This document shows positions 60,705 through 64,000 of a stretch of DNA of 64,000 nucleotides, one piece after another; position 1 is the first letter of the stretch, and each line of letters begins with the position of its first letter. Source of the DNA: Stegostoma tigrinum (taxonomy: Eukaryota); contig NC_081387.1 in the NCBI RefSeq assembly GCF_030684315.1, positions 20,146,678 to 20,210,677 on the forward strand, in the 5' to 3' direction. A program made the position numbers and the translations under genes. The notes under the pieces are model-generated. The model was not told the origin of the DNA. It saw only the letters and a program-made list of their open reading frames with translations, and searched no databases.

Positions 60705-62760
60705 AGTCATTGCGTCATGGAGCTGTACAGCATGGATACAAACCGTTCGGTCCAAGTCTTCTATGCCGACCAAATATCCTAAACTAATCGAGTCTCATTT
60801 GCTAGCATTTCGCCCATACCCTTCTAAACTCTTCCCGTTCATACATGCATCCAGATGCCTTTTAAATACTATAATTGTACCAGCCTCCATCACTTCATCT
60901 GGCAGCTCATTCGAAACGCGCACCACCCTCTATGTGAAAAAGTTGCCTCTTAAGTCCCTTTAAAATCTTTCGCCTTTCTCCTTAAACTACTGCCCTCTAG
61001 CTTTAGATTTTCCTACCCCAGAAAAAAAACTTGACTATTTATCCTTTCCATGCCCCTTATGATTTTATAAACTTCTATAAAAGTCACCGCTCATCTTCTG
61101 ACGCCCCAGGGAAAATAGCCTAGGCTATTCAGCCTCTCCCGAGAGTTCAATGACCCCCAGCCCCTGCGATACCCTCGTAAATCTTTTCTGAACCCTTTCA
61201 AGTTTCACAACATCTTTCCTATAGCAGAGAGACCAGAATTGCACCCGCTTTTCCAAAAGTGGCCCAATCAATGTTTGTATCGCAATAACATGACTTCCCA
61301 TTTCCTATATTGAATGCACTGACCAATGAAGGCGAGTATACGAAACACCTACTTCACTATCCTATCTACCCGCGACTCCATTTTAAAAGAACAACGAAAC
61401 TGCACTCCAAGGCCTCATTGTCCAGCAACACTCCCCAGGACCATCCCATTAAGTTTAAAAGTGATTGTAAATCTTTCCGTGATTTGACGTTTCAAAATGC
61501 AGCACCTCACATTTACGTAAATGAAACTCGTTCTGCAACTCCTAGGCCCATTGGCCCGTCTGATCAACTTTATCTACCGTTTCCTTTTTTAAAAAAATAA
61601 CTGTAAAAAGCCTTACTGTTTTTATGTTTCTGTCTAGATTTATCTCCTATAATAATTTATCCTCTTCTATTAATCTTTTAGTCATGGTTTGCTGTTGTTA
61701 ACATTTTGTTCAATGTTCTGAGTTACCATTCATCTTTGTCAAATTATACAGTATTTCTTTCAAATGGATATTATTTGACACAAAAACAGAAATTGCTGGG
61801 AAACAATCAACATATCTGGCAGTGTCTGTGATGAAAAAGCAGAGTTAACATTTTGGGTCCAGTGACTTTTATTCAGAACACAGTCTTTAAAACTCTATTT
61901 AATACCTTCCTCAGTTAGCCATATCTGTATATGCTTCCCTTGAACTCTTTCTTACTCAATGGATTATGCATTTTCTGAGTGCTCTGAAATTTTTCACATA
62001 ACGTCTGTAACCGCATTTCTGCCGACCATAACCTAATTTTAATTCACTTTAACCAGCTTAAAGCATGCCCCCGGACTACCCTCTTTTCAAGTTTGAGCAA
62101 GATTCATGAGATCCGCTCAAAGATTCCCTCAGAATGAATGCGATATTCAATCTTCTTATGATTATTGTTATCTAGGTGCACCTTTACTATGAGATCTTTA
62201 ATTAATGATGCAAATGTGTAATGAAACACCAGATTTACGCAGATCATATATAGACAGTACATAATCAGGTCAATATACATAACCTGTTCTCTGGTTGGCT
62301 CTTGAACATGCTAACAGCAAGCTCTAAGAAAATATCTGAAAATACTCTTTGCATCACATCACCCAGGCGACCTTTGTCAATCTGGTTCATTGAAATTATG
62401 TATAGATTTAAATTGCACTGGACTATCACTGTATTTTTTCACAAATTGCCATTGTTTTTCCAATACACCTGTCCTACCATGTGGTCACTGTTAGGGAGTC
62501 TATACACCCATTTCCACAAGAAACTTCTTGCTTTATCTTTTTGTCGTCTTTACTCAAACTGAATCTACATCTTGATCTTCATACCTGGAGTCATTAGTCT
62601 TGCTTTTGGAGCAATATCAACTCTATTCTGCTACCTTTTCCTAGTTTCCTATCTTTCCTGAAATGTCATAAACCTTAAATATTCACGTCTCAGTCTTTAT
62701 CCTCTTGCAGGCATGTCCCTGCAGTAAATACCAGATCAAACAAATCTACCATGATCCCTC
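60705..62760 (-). mobile_element. CR1 fragments with an embedded Penelope-type piece (~61780-61880)
   Basis: Matches 16454-16720 and 13480-14330. Confidence 0.7.
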
Positions 62761-64000
62761 CCATTAATAGGGATCTCATGAGATACATATTGGAAATTTT
62801 TGGCTGTGGTGTTCCATATCTGTTCCCAATTAAATCTGAGCTCTTGGGAAGTTCACCAGTTGTGGACAAATCACCAACTGTTTTAAACGTATTCCTCACT
62901 AATGCGTCTGTCTAGCATGAGAATTAGGATCATGGTTAGACAGGCCATTCAGGGAATTAATAGTTAATTGCTGGCCTCAGTTCCGTTTTTTTTATCACCC
63001 TCTCACTGGATTCTCAGAGATCACTTAAAGGAATCAATCTTCCTTCTGTATATGAGCATGGACTGAGTAGCAGGAACACTCTGTGGGTGAGAATTCCACT
63101 ATCATCTAGAAATCTGATTGACTAAGTTTATCCTTATTCTCATAATACGACATGTACTATCCTCACGATGCATTATGGAGAATGTATCCACATTCTATAT
63201 ATCCTTTAGACATACATAGCTCCACACTGTTACATCACGAAAGAAACTGCTGGATATAATTTAATATAAATGTTTTATGGTGTTTCAATCTAGTCGGATT
63301 ATTTTACATGTGAAATGATGTTGCCACCAAGATTTGACGTCATAGCATTACGTCTGGGAAACTGTTGAAACCCAAGTTCAAAAACTTGGTTTTAACTCTC
63401 GAAATCATTTTGACCTTATGGCTAACGAATAAAAGAGACTGGAATCAATTAGTGAACAGACGGAGCATTACCATGCTACCTTATTCTCCCGAACATCTTT
63501 GCTTTCCTCCAATTTGGGTGCATTTTAAATATTGTGGACAGTGTGGGTCTGGGTTGGGGGCGGCAAGGCATGAAAGCAGGATTTTTTCAGTCACGAGTCA
63601 GCCAGTATGTTTTTTTTTGCTAGAGTCCAGGCAGATGACTCATATTACACGTTATTTTTGGAAAATAATCCATTCGCCCTTCACACAGGCTTGTTGCATA
63701 CCAAGGATAGGTTTCTCCAAAGGCAGGCTGCTGGGGAATTCGTGGGGGCAAATATACGTCCTGAAACCAATGGTAAAAGCCAGGACTATCAGGAGTAATC
63801 AAGCAGCGATAGCAAGTGTACCGTATGATGGTCTAAGAAAGCTTTTTTTTGCCATAAAAATCTGGTTATTTTTGATCGGCTAAATTATGAATTTGAGGAG
63901 CAAAAATACGCAGAAATGAATGTATCACGGTCAAGATTTCTGCTAAAATCAATAAAATAATTAATTCAACGGCTTAATGATGTTTACCTCATATTTAGAC

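Noticed and set aside
63365-63883. 172-aa ORF with an acceptor near 63623
   Set aside because: No recognisable motif or partner exons within the window.
1-64000. CRISPR arrays, operons or other prokaryotic systems; V(D)J recombination signal sequences
   Set aside because: Sequence is vertebrate, repeats are dispersed retroelements, and no heptamer-spacer-nonamer was noticed at the V exon.

Overview
Eukaryotic genomic DNA, almost certainly a shark: it carries HE1-type and Deu/SacSINE1-type tRNA SINEs, CR1 LINEs and Penelope elements. More than half the window is retroelement debris, and most ORFs in the track are artefacts of it. Two spliced immune-receptor genes can be assembled by hand, diverging from each other. 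Gene A (minus strand, ATG at 12046, last confident exon ending at 6176) encodes leader + one NKp30/NCR3-like VJ-type Ig domain + an uncharged TM + several cytoplasmic micro-exons; its 3' end is unresolved. Gene B (plus strand, 49052-60120, 5 exons, 164 aa) appears in the ORF track only as its last exon. It encodes leader + a ~40-aa non-Ig ectodomain with 4 Cys (CC-x7-C-x14-C) + TM + two ITIM-type motifs (LPYARL, VEYASI). Gene B shares its exon scaffold with gene A, and degenerate copies of its leader lie at ~40.8 kb and ~52.4 kb. Also notable: a ~3.2-kb LINE whose 5' end is an intact tRNA-type Pol III SINE head with no ORF1 (junction seen twice), many Penelope-derived hairpins carrying minimal hammerhead-ribozyme motifs, a LINE>LTR>Penelope nest, and a local inverted duplication or 3' transduction. 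Exon models are manual predictions without transcript support; repeat boundaries are approximate; homology calls come from recalled sequences, not database searches.
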